Assembly: GCF_048593235.1 (NCBI RefSeq)
Contig: NC_133620.1
Span: 371,719,261 to 371,783,260 of the forward strand
Length of the DNA: 64,000 bases
Direction of reading: 5' to 3'
From: Sminthopsis crassicaudata
Lineage: Eukaryota
Positions 25,256-37,892 of the stretch are shown here, one piece after another. Position numbers and translations under genes: made by a program. The stretch's first letter is position 1. Each line of letters opens with the position of its first letter. Below the pieces are notes generated by a model. That model saw only the letters and a list, made by a program, of their open reading frames with translations. It had not been told where the DNA came from and made no database searches.

Positions 25256-26409
25256 GACATTATAGAGTACTGAAGATTTTACCTGCCACGAGAAACCCAG
25301 GAAGTATGTAAACACAATTATAAAACACTTTTAACCCAAATAAAGTCAGATCTAAACAAAAAATAATAATAATAATTCCCATTTTAATGCTACAATTAAC
25401 AGAGAAGTTGCTGATTTGCTTGTTGAAAGGACTTGTTCTCCACATAGATGAAATCACTGGCCCAGACAAAAAAAAAAACAAACAGGTAAAAAATATGCAG
25501 AACTCTATGCTATCCTGATGCTGAGGAAGATATTTAATAGGAGCCTATGACCCAAACAGATAACTAGACTATGCAGTATAATATGACAAGCATATCAGAG
25601 AGTTGCAAAACAAAGTACTAGGTGAAATCCCCACAGAAAGATTATTTGCAAGAAGGGAAATGGCCTCTCCAGGAGAAGCCTGGCTTCTCCTGGAGAGGTG
25701 GAGGCCCCTGATTCCGTCATTTTGGGCCAAGGGAAAAGCAAATCAAACCCCAGAGAAGGAGAAAGTAAAGGGTATGTCTAGTTGCCATGGCTCAGGCTTG
25801 AAAATCACTTCCCCTCTGGGGAGGTAAGGGTGATAATCATACAGGAACTGAGGTGATTTCCCCAAAGAAGCTGAGTCAATGAGTTAGAATAGCAGGCTGC
25901 CTGGGATTACAGGAGGGAGAGTTTCCCCTTCTACTAGCACTCTCAAAAAAGACCCTTCCAATATCCAATTTGTCCCTACCTGGCTCCCTCCTCATCGTTT
26001 CTTCACCATCTTCATCTCCAATACTCCCCTTTTCTCCTAAATCTTTCTCAGCTGGTCTTGACCCAGATCTAGTGCTAATTAGCTGTGTGATATTAGTTAC
26101 TAAACTCACTTCATTTTTCTGGGTCTCAATGTTTTTGTAAAACTGCAGGGTTTAGCAATGAACTATGTCCATTTTGCAAATGAGGTTCAGAAAAGCTAAT
26201 TTCCCAGGGTCACCCTTCTCCTAATTAGCAGAGTCTCAAATGACTTTTGATCCCAATTCAAGTTCTTTTTACCACTAAGCAGTGTTTGCTGCCCCTAGCC
26301 TTTCATCCCCTGAAAAGTAACTCTCTCCATCCTGTGAGTCTCCTAGAAAAAACTCCTGCCCTCCACCTAACCACCCAAACCAAGCTGAGGATGCCAAGTA
26401 AAGACTCAC

Positions 26410-26470
26410 CCAATTAAGCCAAATCGATCAGTAAATCTGAGGAGATGGGAAGAAATAGAACCCCTGCTTA
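26410..26470 (-). other. Candidate upstream non-coding exon of S100A5
   Basis: Strong donor G|GTGAGTC after 26410 in non-repetitive sequence. No convincing TATA box or acceptor was found. Confidence 0.25.
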
Positions 26471-26959
26471 CTCTCCAGCTTTATTATCTCTCTTTAAACT
26501 CCAGGGAACCCAGGACGGAAAAGGACCAATGAGAAGGGGAAGGAGACATGTAAGTCTCCTGGGAAGAGGAACCAGGGACCCCATGGTTTCTTCTTTGTTT
26601 ACAAGCTGGGTAGAAAGAAGAGATTGGGCTCTGACTGGCACTTTCCCTATTGGTTATTAAACAGCACTTCTCTCCTGAGTTCAGTTACTGTGAGTCACAG
26701 AAAGGGTTTAATCTAATGTCAGGTATAGACCCTGGTTGGAATCCTGGCATTGATATTTACTAACAATGTGAATTTTACAATTCTGTATCTTCAATCTCAT
26801 GATCTTGTGACTTCTTCAAGCATCTGTTTTCTGACTTGTAAAATGAGGAAAGTAATATTTGCACCATTTACCTGATAGAATTGTTTCAGAATAATAGAAT
26901 CATAGATTTTAGAGTAGGAACAGACTGCTAAGGTAACTTAGAACAATCCTCTCATTTTG

Positions 26960-27190
26960 TTGTAGTTGTGTCCAATTCTTAGTGACTCCATTTGAGATTT
27001 TCTTGGCAGAGATACTGTAGGGGTGTGCCATTTGCTTCTTTAGATTATTTTACAGATAAAGAAGTGAGGCAAACAGAATTAAGTGACTAGCACAGGATCA
27101 CACAACTAGAAAGTCTGTAAGGTTGGATTTGAACTCAGGAAGATGAGTTTTCCAAATCCTACTCCCAGCACTTTATTCACTGGGTCCTCA
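26960..27190 (-). mobile_element. MAR1/MIR-type SINE
   Basis: Reads ccatttgagattttcttggcagagatactg...ttttacagataaagaagtgaggcaaacag...gatttgaactcaggaagatgag. Confidence 0.7.
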
Positions 27191-29658
27191 AGCCCACACA
27201 AGTAAGGTAATTTGTCCAAGATCATACAGATAGGAAATCATAAGCCATGTTTTCTGACTCCAAATCTAGTGCTCTCTAAATCTAAAACACAACAGAAATG
27301 CATTATTATTTCCATATCTCTCAAAGACACATAGAACTTGAAGTGGGGAAGGATGTGGATTTGGGTGTAAAGGATGATTGGTAAGGGTCTGATTAATTCA
27401 CTGAAGGATGATCATAGAACTGAAACTTTCCAAAATATATGGGGGGTTGTTTTTTGTTTTTTGTTTTTTTTCTTTCATAACCCTACCATGACTTCATTGA
27501 AAGAAATGTCAAATGGGGTTTTGGTATTAGAGATGGAAAGGGACATTATAGGGGATAAGAGTAAGAGTAGAGGATAATAGGGGATTGTCATAATTAAGGG
27601 CTGAGTGCCAGAATGGATCCCAAATACCAAACAAGGTTTCAGAAGAGACAGGCCTAAACAGAATTTCAAGAACTGGGTAAAAAGATTTAGGGTGGGGCAA
27701 GCATGGGGGAGGGAGATAAAGGAGCTTAAATGTTATAAGTCAGAGAGAGTGGGCATGAGAAGCATCCATTTTGATTAGTCCCTTGCTCCTTTCTCACCAG
27801 TCCTCTCCCCCTCCCTTTGGCCCTTCACTCCCACGGGTCAGGCATCAGGACTAAAAAGGGAGACCAGGGATTGGTTGCTTGGTGATGGGAGTTTCCGAAG
27901 CACAGTTTAGAGACAGAATGATGCAAAAGGGTGAATTGGTGAGGCTGGGGAAGAATTGGCCAGGTACAACAGCATCTCTGGGAAAAGAGTAAAGGAAGGG
28001 ATGAACGAGACCCTGTCCATAAATAAGACTACAAGATCATAAACCTTTATTGTTAAATCCTAAACAGTAATGGGGGTCTCTGGAAAAAACATACTAGAGT
28101 CCTTCATTCTTCCACATTTAAGGTGGGAGAAAGGGGGGAAAGTTATAGAAAGGAAAAGGGAGACATATCTGAGTGTAACCATAGCAGCTTCAGACAAGAT
28201 AGTCCCTAATTCAGAATCAAAAATAAATTAAGGCTACTGCTCCTTTTAACATCCTGTAGGTCTTCATGTGATCCAATGAACTTCAAAGCTTCCGCATTTC
28301 TAATCCTAATCCCTCACACAGCAGTTAATGACCTTTTTGGTTTTTAGCCTTTATATCCATATTGTAATTATTCCTCAACTGACTCCAAACTCCAAATTCC
28401 CTATCTCTTCCCCTTCTCCTCTCTAAGCTTCTGTCTCCTCATCTGTAAAATGGAGAGGTTGGACCAGAGAATCTTGAAGATCTCTTTGAGTTCTAGTTCC
28501 TATGATCCTGTGAGACTCTTCTCTAACTTGTTCCTTTGGGAATTGTCTTCTGATCTCTTTTTATCCATCCTTTCTGATCTCTTACCTGACCTCTCTCTCA
28601 GCTGGCACATAATTCTTGGATCAACTTCCAGGACACAAATTTTATCCCAAGACAATTTCCAGAAATGTTGTTTAACCTCCCCTTTTGGTATCACTTGGAA
28701 CACCTCTGGTTCGTGTACCCCTCTGCTCTTGTTTTAGACAGGAAACAATTAAATATTTCTATAATTCAGAGCAAATTCAGAGTTGAAGGAGTGAAGGAAG
28801 GGATGAAGCCTATGATGTAAGTCAGGAGCTAACTAGATGAAAGTTTTTTCTTCCTTTCTTCCTCTTTTCTATCCCAAGTGGAGGGAAATAGCTATATTCA
28901 GCACACTCTCCCTTTGCCCCCACCCCAATAAAATTTAAGTTCCTCTTTCCCTGGATCCCCAGCATCCACCCCACCTCACCCAGGGTTCCTCAACAATATG
29001 CCACACCTAGAACCAAGAATAGATGTGATATTCAATGCCATCATGAGTTAACAGAGGAATTGGGAATTGGGGGAGAAGGAGATGTTGGCAACACAGGAGA
29101 CTCAAGAGTGCAAAAGTTGAATTGAAATCTCTCTCCATATGTCTAATTTTGGAGTTCTTCAGGACTGTGGTTTTTCAATTTTTCTCATCTCACCTCTATG
29201 TTCTCAAGGTTTTCCACTCAATGCAGCATGCTACCCAAAAGTTCTTAGGGGTGTTATGGAAAGAGCATTGAAACAGGAATGAGATGAAAAGAGTATTGAG
29301 ACAAGAATCTTATCTATTTTCCTGTCTCAGTCCTCAGCAGAAAAGTGACTAAAATGACCTCCAGGATCCTTCCTCACTTTAACCTTCAGTGAATCTATCT
29401 CACAGAGGCCAATGAACTATCTAGTCTTTGGGCCCCTGCTCCCCAAGACTTCTCCCTGAATTCCTCCTTCTCCTGCCCCACCCCTAACAACTGGTATCAG
29501 CCTCCACCAAAAATTTTTAAAACCCCTAAATCAGTTTTCAGGAGACTCTGCAGATCTCTCTGCCTCTTCAATCTTCTTATTGAAGAACCAAGCCCCTCAT
29601 CCTCCCAGTATCCATCAGAAAGATTCCCCAAACACAAAAGACATTCTTGTAATAAACT

Positions 29659-29664
29659 TTTATT
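29659..29664 (-). terminator. S100A4: S100A4 poly(A) signal AATAAA
   Basis: tttatt on plus, about 175 nt downstream of the stop. Confidence 0.75.
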
Positions 29665-29838
29665 GACTCTACTTAATAGCCTGGGTGCTTTTCTGCATCA
29701 CCCAGGAGGGTAAAGTACCCACCTCAGGCTCCATAAAGATACTATAATCCTGTAGCTCCTCCCCAGTTCCCCCCTCCCCTCCCACTGGAGCTTCCCTCTT
29801 TTCCCTATCCCATCCCCCACCATCACCACTGCTCCCCT

Positions 29839-30003
29839 TTATTTCTTCCGGGGCAGCTTGTCGGCATAGCCCTCAAAGAATTCATTGCACATCATGGCAA
29901 TGCAGGACAGGAAGACTGAATACTCCTGGAAGTCCACCTCGTTGTCCTTGTTGTTGTCCAGATTGCTCATTAGCTTCTGAAAGGCAGCCTCATCTGTCTT
30001 TTT
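29839..30003 (-). CDS. S100A4: S100A4 coding exon 3: KKTDEAAFQKLMSNLDNNKDNEVDFQEYSVFLSCIAMMCNEFFEGYADKLPRKK*
   Basis: Acceptor ttctttctctttcag, phase 0. DEAAFQKLMSNLD and the PRKK tail are diagnostic. Stop TAA at 29839-29841. Confidence 0.97.
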   Translation of the reverse strand, partial: KKTDEAAFQKLMSNLDNNKDNEVDFQEYSVFLSCIAMMCNEFFEGYADKLPRKK

Positions 30004-30129
30004 CTGAAAGAGAAAGAAGGGGAAAAGAGGTTATGTGACAACTCCCCAAAAGGACCCTACCACTTCATCAGAGAAGCATAGTATTCTAGACTTAAGGAAA
30101 AAAGGGACTTCATCCAGTCCAATCCCCTC

Positions 30130-30360
30130 ATTTTACATTCAAAGGAAGAGAAGGAAATGAGCACTGATTAAATGCCTACTATGTGCCAGGAACTTTACAA
30201 ATGTTACTTCTTTTGATTTTTGCAATAAACCTGGGAGGTAGGTACTATTATGATTTCCATTTTACAGATGAGGAAACTTAAGGAAATAGAGATATGTTAA
30301 ATGTCTTGTCCAGAGCCACATAGTTAGGAAACATATGAGGATGAATACATTTTCCTACAT
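30130..30360 (-). mobile_element. MIR-type SINE in S100A4 intron 2
   Basis: Contains ccattttacagatgaggaaact and cctactatgtgccagg motifs. Confidence 0.65.
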
Positions 30361-30593
30361 TCAGACTCAATACTTTTTTAGATGCATAAAAGTAAATATA
30401 TAGTACTACCAACGAAACCGACTACACTTAGTTATCTAAAAGTATATATATATATTTAAAAACAAGCTCACCAACCCCAAATTGAAAATCATTTCTCTAT
30501 AAATAAACATGCTAGATAAGACTATGTGATCCCCAAGCATCTCGAGTGGCAAGAACACTGGGGGAAAGAGCAGCAGCAGCTCTGTGGATTCTA

Positions 30594-30878
<285 letters not shown>

Positions 30879-33003
30879 TCATGTGGGAACTTCCTCCACT
30901 GAAGAGTTTATTCAGTTCTGACAACATAAATATTAAGTGAAACCTATAGAAACTTAAATGAAACCAACATTTTTCTATCCCAGTAGAAACTTCTCAGAAC
31001 TCAACAGTGGGCTGAGAAGCCAGAAAAGTGACCTTAAATCAGAGTCTTTTTTAAGCCAAATTGATCTGGAGGGTTAGAAGATAAAAGGAGTCTAAGAGGA
31101 AATCCATACTAGTAATTTTTCTATTTTAACTCATTAAGGTTCTAGATACAGTTATTTATATTCATCTGAAGGACCTGAGGCAACACCGGGGAGATATAGT
31201 TTTAGGTGGCTCAGAAAGGATTAAGCCTCTCAGAATTTAACTGACTTAGGAAAAATTATGATAAAGCAGAAAATGACCTGGATTTGGAACCATAAGATCT
31301 GGATTTGAATTCTAATGCATTACCCATGTGTTCATGGATAACTTACTTCCTTTTTCTGGACATAGATAAGAGCCTTATTGTTCATCTTTCTAGTTCAGCC
31401 ATTCCCTATCTATCAGCTTTGAGAAATTTCAAGAACTCAACATATATAATAGATAAGCAAAATAAAAATGTTACACATCTTACTATTTTTCAATTATAAT
31501 AAGCATATTAAAAAACATTACTGAATTTTTGAGTCAATATTGTTACTATATGTGTGAGATGGTAAGGGAAGGCCTAGAAATCTTTTACATTAAAAAATGG
31601 TCCACCTACTTGAAGATGGGAACCCCTAAGCTAGTCTGGCATCCTCACTTTTATAAAGTATAAAAGATACAAAAAAAAAGCATAAACATTAATTTCCCAC
31701 CCTCTGAACCCTTCACCCTGGGACTGCCAGGATCCCAGTTTCTGTCCCCAAGACTGAATTATTCTGATTTCTTCTCTCCTCTCTGAGAAAAATGTGAATG
31801 GGGCAAGATTCACTCTACCTCAAGGGCACACATCCCAGAAGCTCAGTTCAAAGTGGAGCCTCACTGTTAGCCCTCACACCGTTCTAAGACTAAAACATGG
31901 AACAGATAAGACAAAGAAACTAGTGCTGACCCAAACAGGGGAACATAATAAAAAGAGTCTTCCTGAGATGACTTAGCAGTCTTTAGACTTAAGATTGACA
32001 ATTCGTAACCCCCACCCCCATGTCTGAGGAACACAAAAAGACTGAAGAATACCTAGCCCCATCCTGCCTCAGTTTCCCCACATAAGGGGCTGCCCACAAA
32101 CAGAGCTCCCCTATGTGAGGAAACAGGCTAGGAAAGGGCTAGGGCTTTCTGGGCTGCCTTCTGCACACTGCACTTCTTCAGGGTCTGGAGAACATCTATC
32201 CCTGTATCCAGTTGGGTTTTAGAGCACCTCGAAGACCATTTTTTAAATCAGTCCTCTATTCTAACTCCCTGTTCTCTCTCCAGTTTCTTTTCTGAGGAAG
32301 TTGCTTCTGCATTGCCTGCCCCACCCTAGCCTCCTCTCAGTGCCCAGTGCCACAACAACAACAAGCTAGCAAGGATAATCTCCAGCTCCGTTTTTCCACT
32401 GCTCACTCACTCACTCACTCATTCCCCAAAGCTCAGCCCTCCCCAGCCCATTCTTTTGCTCTGTGCACAGGAGTGGGCGTTGCTTCTGGAAAATGGCCCT
32501 GGGACAGACAATGGAAAAAAACAGCCCAGCAGAGGGGAGGGTGGGTAGGAAAGGAGAGGAGGAGGAGGAGGAGTGATGTGGACCGGGAGGGTGGGGGGCT
32601 ACCCTCTGAAAGGGAGAGAGAGCAGAATAGAGGAAGATATGGGCTGAAGAGAAGCCCAGAGAACAGTCTCTAAACTACTCCATATGTATATATGTGCATG
32701 CATAAAACATAGGACTGCATACCTCAGACACACCCTCCAGGTGCAGAAATGAAATATGCAGCCTACACACGACATCTAAGTCATGTGATCTTGTAATCTC
32801 CCCCCCACCAGGGCAATCCTCCACCCCACCCTGGCATCTCTCTCCAATCTGAAGCTGAACGACCAGCCCCTCCTCAGAGCCTTTTTCTAGGATCCTCCCA
32901 TCTGGATCTGCTTCCCACATCTGGCCCCCACTCAGCTTCCTCTGTCTACTAGGACCCCCGGATCCTATCACCCACATCCACGGCCAAGTCAACCACAACT
33001 CAC

Positions 33004-33083
33004 CAAACCAAGGAGAGAGGAAATGCAGAGAGGGAAGAGAGAGAGGGACACAGTGGGGAGGGCTGAACCATGGCCTATTTATA
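33004..33083 (-). promoter_or_regulatory. S100A4: S100A4 TATA box and non-coding exon 1
   Basis: TATAAATA at 33083-33076. A pyrimidine-rich exon ends TGGTTTG|GTGAGT at 33004, as recalled for human S100A4. RUNX-type TGTGGTT at 32997-32991. Confidence 0.85.
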
Positions 33084-34669
33084 CCCTCAGCCAAACCCTG
33101 CCCGTGGCAGGGGGCGGAGGGGAGCTAGGACACCCCTTCCCTGATGCTGGGTCAGAAGAGACCAATAGAAAGTCCTCTTCACCTCCTGGCTCACGTTTTC
33201 TGGTGGGTGAGCAGGGCTTACACGGGATGAGGCACTAATATGGGGATAGTTTACTCTCCACATCCCAGGGAGGGGACCCTGAAAGGAGAGCCACACAGTA
33301 CCCACAAGCCTTGAGCCCCCAGACTCAAGGAATGGGTAGGACTCCAAACCCACCTTATAGGAGGAGCTACAATAAGAGGGGGGTATACAGTCTTGGAGAA
33401 AGGGGAGGGAAGAACACGAGCATGGAAAATTCCTGCAAAGTTAAGAATCTTCTAGAATAGAAGGAAGAAAGACCCAGGGCATGAGACTAAACTGGCACGA
33501 GAGAAGGGGCCACTTAGTCCCTCTGCTTCAGGGGAAGTAGGACTGTGCTGAGGGTGTGGCTATCTTAGCCATAGCCAGAATATATGTGCAAAGGATAGTG
33601 AACACCAGGCCAACTCCACAGAAAAAGACTTGGAGAATGCTTGGGAAATATCTCCAAGTAGTCTTATTCCCTGGAGTTTGTGGCTAAGTGCCTGGGAGGA
33701 GCTCAGGCATAGGAGTGAAGGAAGGAAGGTGAACACAAGAGTGTGTGAAATGGGGCTGAGTGGGGGAAGGATAGCCAAAGTGCACGGAATGAGACCAAAA
33801 TGAGGAGGGGCTCATGAGTGCCCTCCCGAAAGAGACTGAGGGAAAACACATGAGACGAAATATGGGGGTCAGGGGAGCAGAATGGTGGGGGGCCCAGAAA
33901 CGTTTGGGATATGGGGACATTTGGATGTTGAAGATGGCCTCTTGAAGTGACACATCAGAAGATGGGAGTAGGGCTAAACTATCTTCAAAGGTTCACTAAT
34001 TATTAGACTAGGTTGATATTTCCCCAAAATGCTGAACCCTGAATGGGAGTGGTATCCAACGAAGGGAGAAGAGAACGGGCCATCAACCTTAATCCTATTA
34101 GTGCAGCTGTCCACAGCCGCAGGCTAGTAACAGGCTACCACACCCAGGCCCCACCCTCCATCTCACTGGTGTTTTTCGTTATGAAATACTGGAACCCAGT
34201 GGCCTATCTGAACCCAGGTTTGAGAAGTACCTCAGCAATCCCCCTCAGAGCCTTTCTCTCCAGCCCACCATCAGAATCTCTCTTTCTCAAAGGCCCCTGA
34301 AGAGGGGAAGCCTCCAGTGGAGGAAATGGTCATCTTTACTGTGGTGCCATGAACTCCTTTAGCAATCTGGTAAAGCCCGTCTTCAAAGTAATAGTTTGTA
34401 AATGTTTGAAGGAATTGCTAAATTTCAGGTAGAGGTTGCTGAAAATAAATATGTAATTTCCTCTCCATCCAAATCCATTGGACTTCTTGAAAACTGACTC
34501 CTAAAAAGTAAAAGGCCCATTCTCCAGTATCTATCCCCTTTTTGGTCTTGATGAGGTTCTGGGTAGCTAAGTGGGCACTGACAGAGAGAGAGCCTGAATT
34601 ACTGTATCCAATCTGGAAGCCTAGATGCCCTTTGTGGCAAATTGGGAGGAGCACTGATAAGATCATCTA

Positions 34670-36634
34670 ACCTTAAGTGGGCCTTTTGTTCTTAAGTAGG
34701 CCTTTTGTTCCTTGCCTGAACAAAGTCATCATAACCCCACAGTTATTGTATCTAATCAGAAAGCCAAGTTATGATGTCAATCCCTGAGGTGATTATTCCC
34801 CCTATAAAAACCTTACTTTTATGTGAGAAATACTGAAAAGTTGGGTTTCCACAGAGTGTTACAAGCCTTGAGGCAGTGTAGGATACTGGGTACCTCGGAC
34901 CAAGAGATTTTCCATACGTGAGAGGTTAAAGAAGGTTAAGATTCCACAGAACAATTAAGATCAATAGAAGCCTTGAGTTAACAAGGAAATGGGGAGCTAG
35001 GAAGGCACAGGTGAATTCAGCCTATCAGAAAAAGGCTTGTGATTTTGAGAAAAGCACAAACTTTTTTTTTTTTTTAATCTGGTAGTGTCTTTGTGCATTA
35101 TTATTTTTTTATTGTAGCTTTTTATTTACAAAACATATTCATGGGTAATTTTTCAACACTGACCTTGCAAAATCTTCTGTTCCAACTTTTCCCCTCTTTT
35201 CCCCTTAGATGGCAGGCAATCCTATACATGTTAAATATGTTAAAGTATATGTTAAATACAATCTATGTATACATATTTATACAGTTATCTTGTTGCACAG
35301 GAAAGATCGGATTTAGAAAGAAGGTAAAAATAACCTGAGAAGAAAAAAACAAAAATGCAAACAAACAATAACAGAAAGAGTGGAAATGCTATCCAAACTC
35401 ATTTCCCATAGTTCTTTTGCTGGGTGTAGCTGGTTCTGTTTATTACAGATCAATTGGAACTGAATCCTCTCATTGTTGAAGAGAGCCACGTCCATCAGAA
35501 TTGATTATCAGGTAGTGTTGTTGTTGATGTGTATAATAATCTCCTGATTCTGCTCATTTTACTTAACATCAGTTCATGGAAGTCTCTCCAGGCCTCTCTG
35601 TATTCATCCTGTTGGTCATTTCTTACAGAACAATAATATTCCATAACATTCATATACCATAATTTACCCAACCATTCTCCAACTGATGGGCATCTACTCA
35701 GTTTCCAGTTTCTGGCCACTATAAGAAGGGCTGCCACATGTGGGTCCCTTTCCTTTCTTTAAGATCTCTTTGGGATATAAGCCTAGTAGAAACACTGCTG
35801 AGTCAAAGGGTATGTATACTTTGATAACTTTTTGGGCATAGTTCCAAATCGCTCTCCAGAATGGCTGGATCCATTCACAATTCCACCAACAATGTGTCAG
35901 TGTCCCAGTTTTCCCACATCCCCTCCAACATTCATCATTATCATTTCCTGTCCTTTTAGCCAATCTGATAGGTGTGGAATGGTATCTCAGAGTTGTCTTA
36001 ATTTGCATTTCTCTGATCAACAATGATTTGGAACACTCTTTCATATGATTAGAAATAGTTTTAAATTCTTCATCTGAAAATTGTCTGTTCATATCCTTTG
36101 ACCATTTATCAGCTTGATTTCTTATAAATTAGAGTCAATTCTCTACATATTTTGGAGATGAGGCCTTTATCAAAACCTTTGAAGGCAAAAATGTTTTCCC
36201 TGTTTATTGCTTCTCTTCTAATCCTGTCAGAATTAGTTTTATTTGTACAAAGTCTTTTTAACTTAAAATAAGGGAAATTTTCTCTTTTGTGATCAATAAT
36301 GGCCTCTAGTTGTTCTTTGGTCACAAATTCCCTCCTCCTCCACAGGTTTGAGAGATAAACAATCCTGTTTTTCTAATTTATACTCTCATTCTTTATGCCT
36401 AGATCATGAACCCATTTTGATCTTATTTTGGTGTATAGTGTTAAGTATGGATCAATGCCTACTGAGAAAAGCACAAACTTAAGATAATAGCCCATTTTGC
36501 CCAAACTACTCCTTCTTCCTGAAGAGGAGAGGAGCCTGCTTCTGTCCAGAAACATTAAGAGGATTCCTTAATATTCTTCTTTAATAAATTTTCCTCAATA
36601 TCTAGTTTTCTGTGTCAAGAGTATATTTCTAACA
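34670..36634 (+). mobile_element. Probable solo LTR of a different family, split by the L1 at 35064-36462
   Basis: Short tandem repeat at the 5' end, TATAAAA near 34803, AATAAA near 36583 and a CA end. Family not identified, boundaries approximate. Confidence 0.4.
35064..36462 (-). mobile_element. 5'-truncated L1 (ORF2 C-terminus and 3' UTR) with 18-bp TSD
   Basis: ORFs 35694-36092, 36109-36324 and 36373-36555 are L1 ORF2 pieces. TSD tgagaaaagcacaaactt at 35046-35063 and 36463-36480. Confidence 0.92.
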
Positions 36635-36893
36635 TTATTCAATAAAGTCCCAGTGATTTCTCTTGGAATTTTGCTAGCTAATCAATGGTAATCCAATCTT
36701 ATGGAATCTTTCTCCTTATGACTAACTCCTACTGGGGGCCAGTTCTGATAAGTATCACAATAACTAAAGCCTATGAGAACATTAACTCCTTTTTAGGGTT
36801 AGCCAGCCAGTCAGTATCATAACCTTCAACTTGTCACACTACCATCTTCTGCCTCAATGGTGTCTATATTTTGGGGTATATTTTGAGATTAAA

Positions 36894-37430
36894 TGTTGAG
36901 GTTATAGGGGTGCAGTCAGACTCCTTATGCTGGGCCACCAAAATAGTGGGGTTACACACCAATATAATGGGATACACAGGGTGATGCCCCAAAAGTATAT
37001 TGGGGTTATGGGCTGGTAGTGTGAGGTGTCCCAAAAGAATTGTAGACTTAAAGCTTCTTCAAATAAAGAAGCAAAGATGTATTATGCTATTAACATCAGG
37101 CTAAATCCATAAGGGTTTTTAGCAAGGAAAGGGGGTTTTAGCAATTAACAAAGGAAAGATATCTTTAAGAAGGAAGATGGTAGGCTAACCCTAAAAGGGA
37201 TTTAGAATCCTAAAAAAGAGTGTTGGGGGGTTCACAAGTAGATCTTTTATAAGGAAATATCTCCTCAGAGACTGATATCATAACTTGACTTTCTATTTGA
37301 ATGTAGGAACTGGAGAGTTGTGATGGGTTTTGTCCATGCAAAGAATTCAGCTAAGAATTATACCAGAGACTTCCACCTGCAGTTTGGGACTGTAATAAAG
37401 TTCCACTTGAACAAAAGGCCTAATAAAATT
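36894..37430 (-). mobile_element. Diverged LTR related to the ERV LTR family, inverted
   Basis: Reverse complement ends cctcaaca. It contains cttttgggacacctcaca and aatacatctttg, matching cttttgagacatctcaca (2861-2880) and aataaatctttg of the plus-strand LTRs. Confidence 0.55.
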
Positions 37431-37886
37431 TTTTTTAAAAATCTATTTATAATCCTATCAGGGTTCCTCCCTGCTTGCTTCTGGGAGTAGCGAGGCTTCT
37501 AGATTGTATTCAGTGATTCAGTCTTTCTTAGTCATCATCCATTTAGCTACCCAGGACCTCTTCAGTCTCATTCTCAAATCTAACCACAAGCCCTCTTGCT
37601 GCTGCTTCAAAACCATTTCCTCTTCTTCTAGATCCTTCTTCCTCTAAATTGTGAGATTAAAAGAGAACATTAAAGACATTTTCTTCCATCTAGTAATATC
37701 AACATATTCTTCTAGCAGCCCCTCAGCTTTCTTTTCACAGGGGATCCAAGTTTCTCAGAAGAACAGCTGCAATTTGAGGTATTAGATAGAACATTTGGAG
37801 CTCAGAATAAAAGAAGCCCAGTCCTAACCCTATTCTCCATTCCCTTTAAGAAAACCACACCAAAGGGTGCTGGAACAACAGCCATT

Positions 37887-37892
37887 TTTATT
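37887..37892 (-). terminator. S100A3: Probable S100A3 poly(A) signal AATAAA
   Basis: First tttatt found downstream of the stop, giving a 3' UTR of about 470 nt. Confidence 0.6.

Noticed and set aside
34670-34710. CRISPR-like or satellite array
   Set aside because: Only one short tandem duplication inside an LTR-like element; there is no repeat-spacer structure and the DNA is mammalian.
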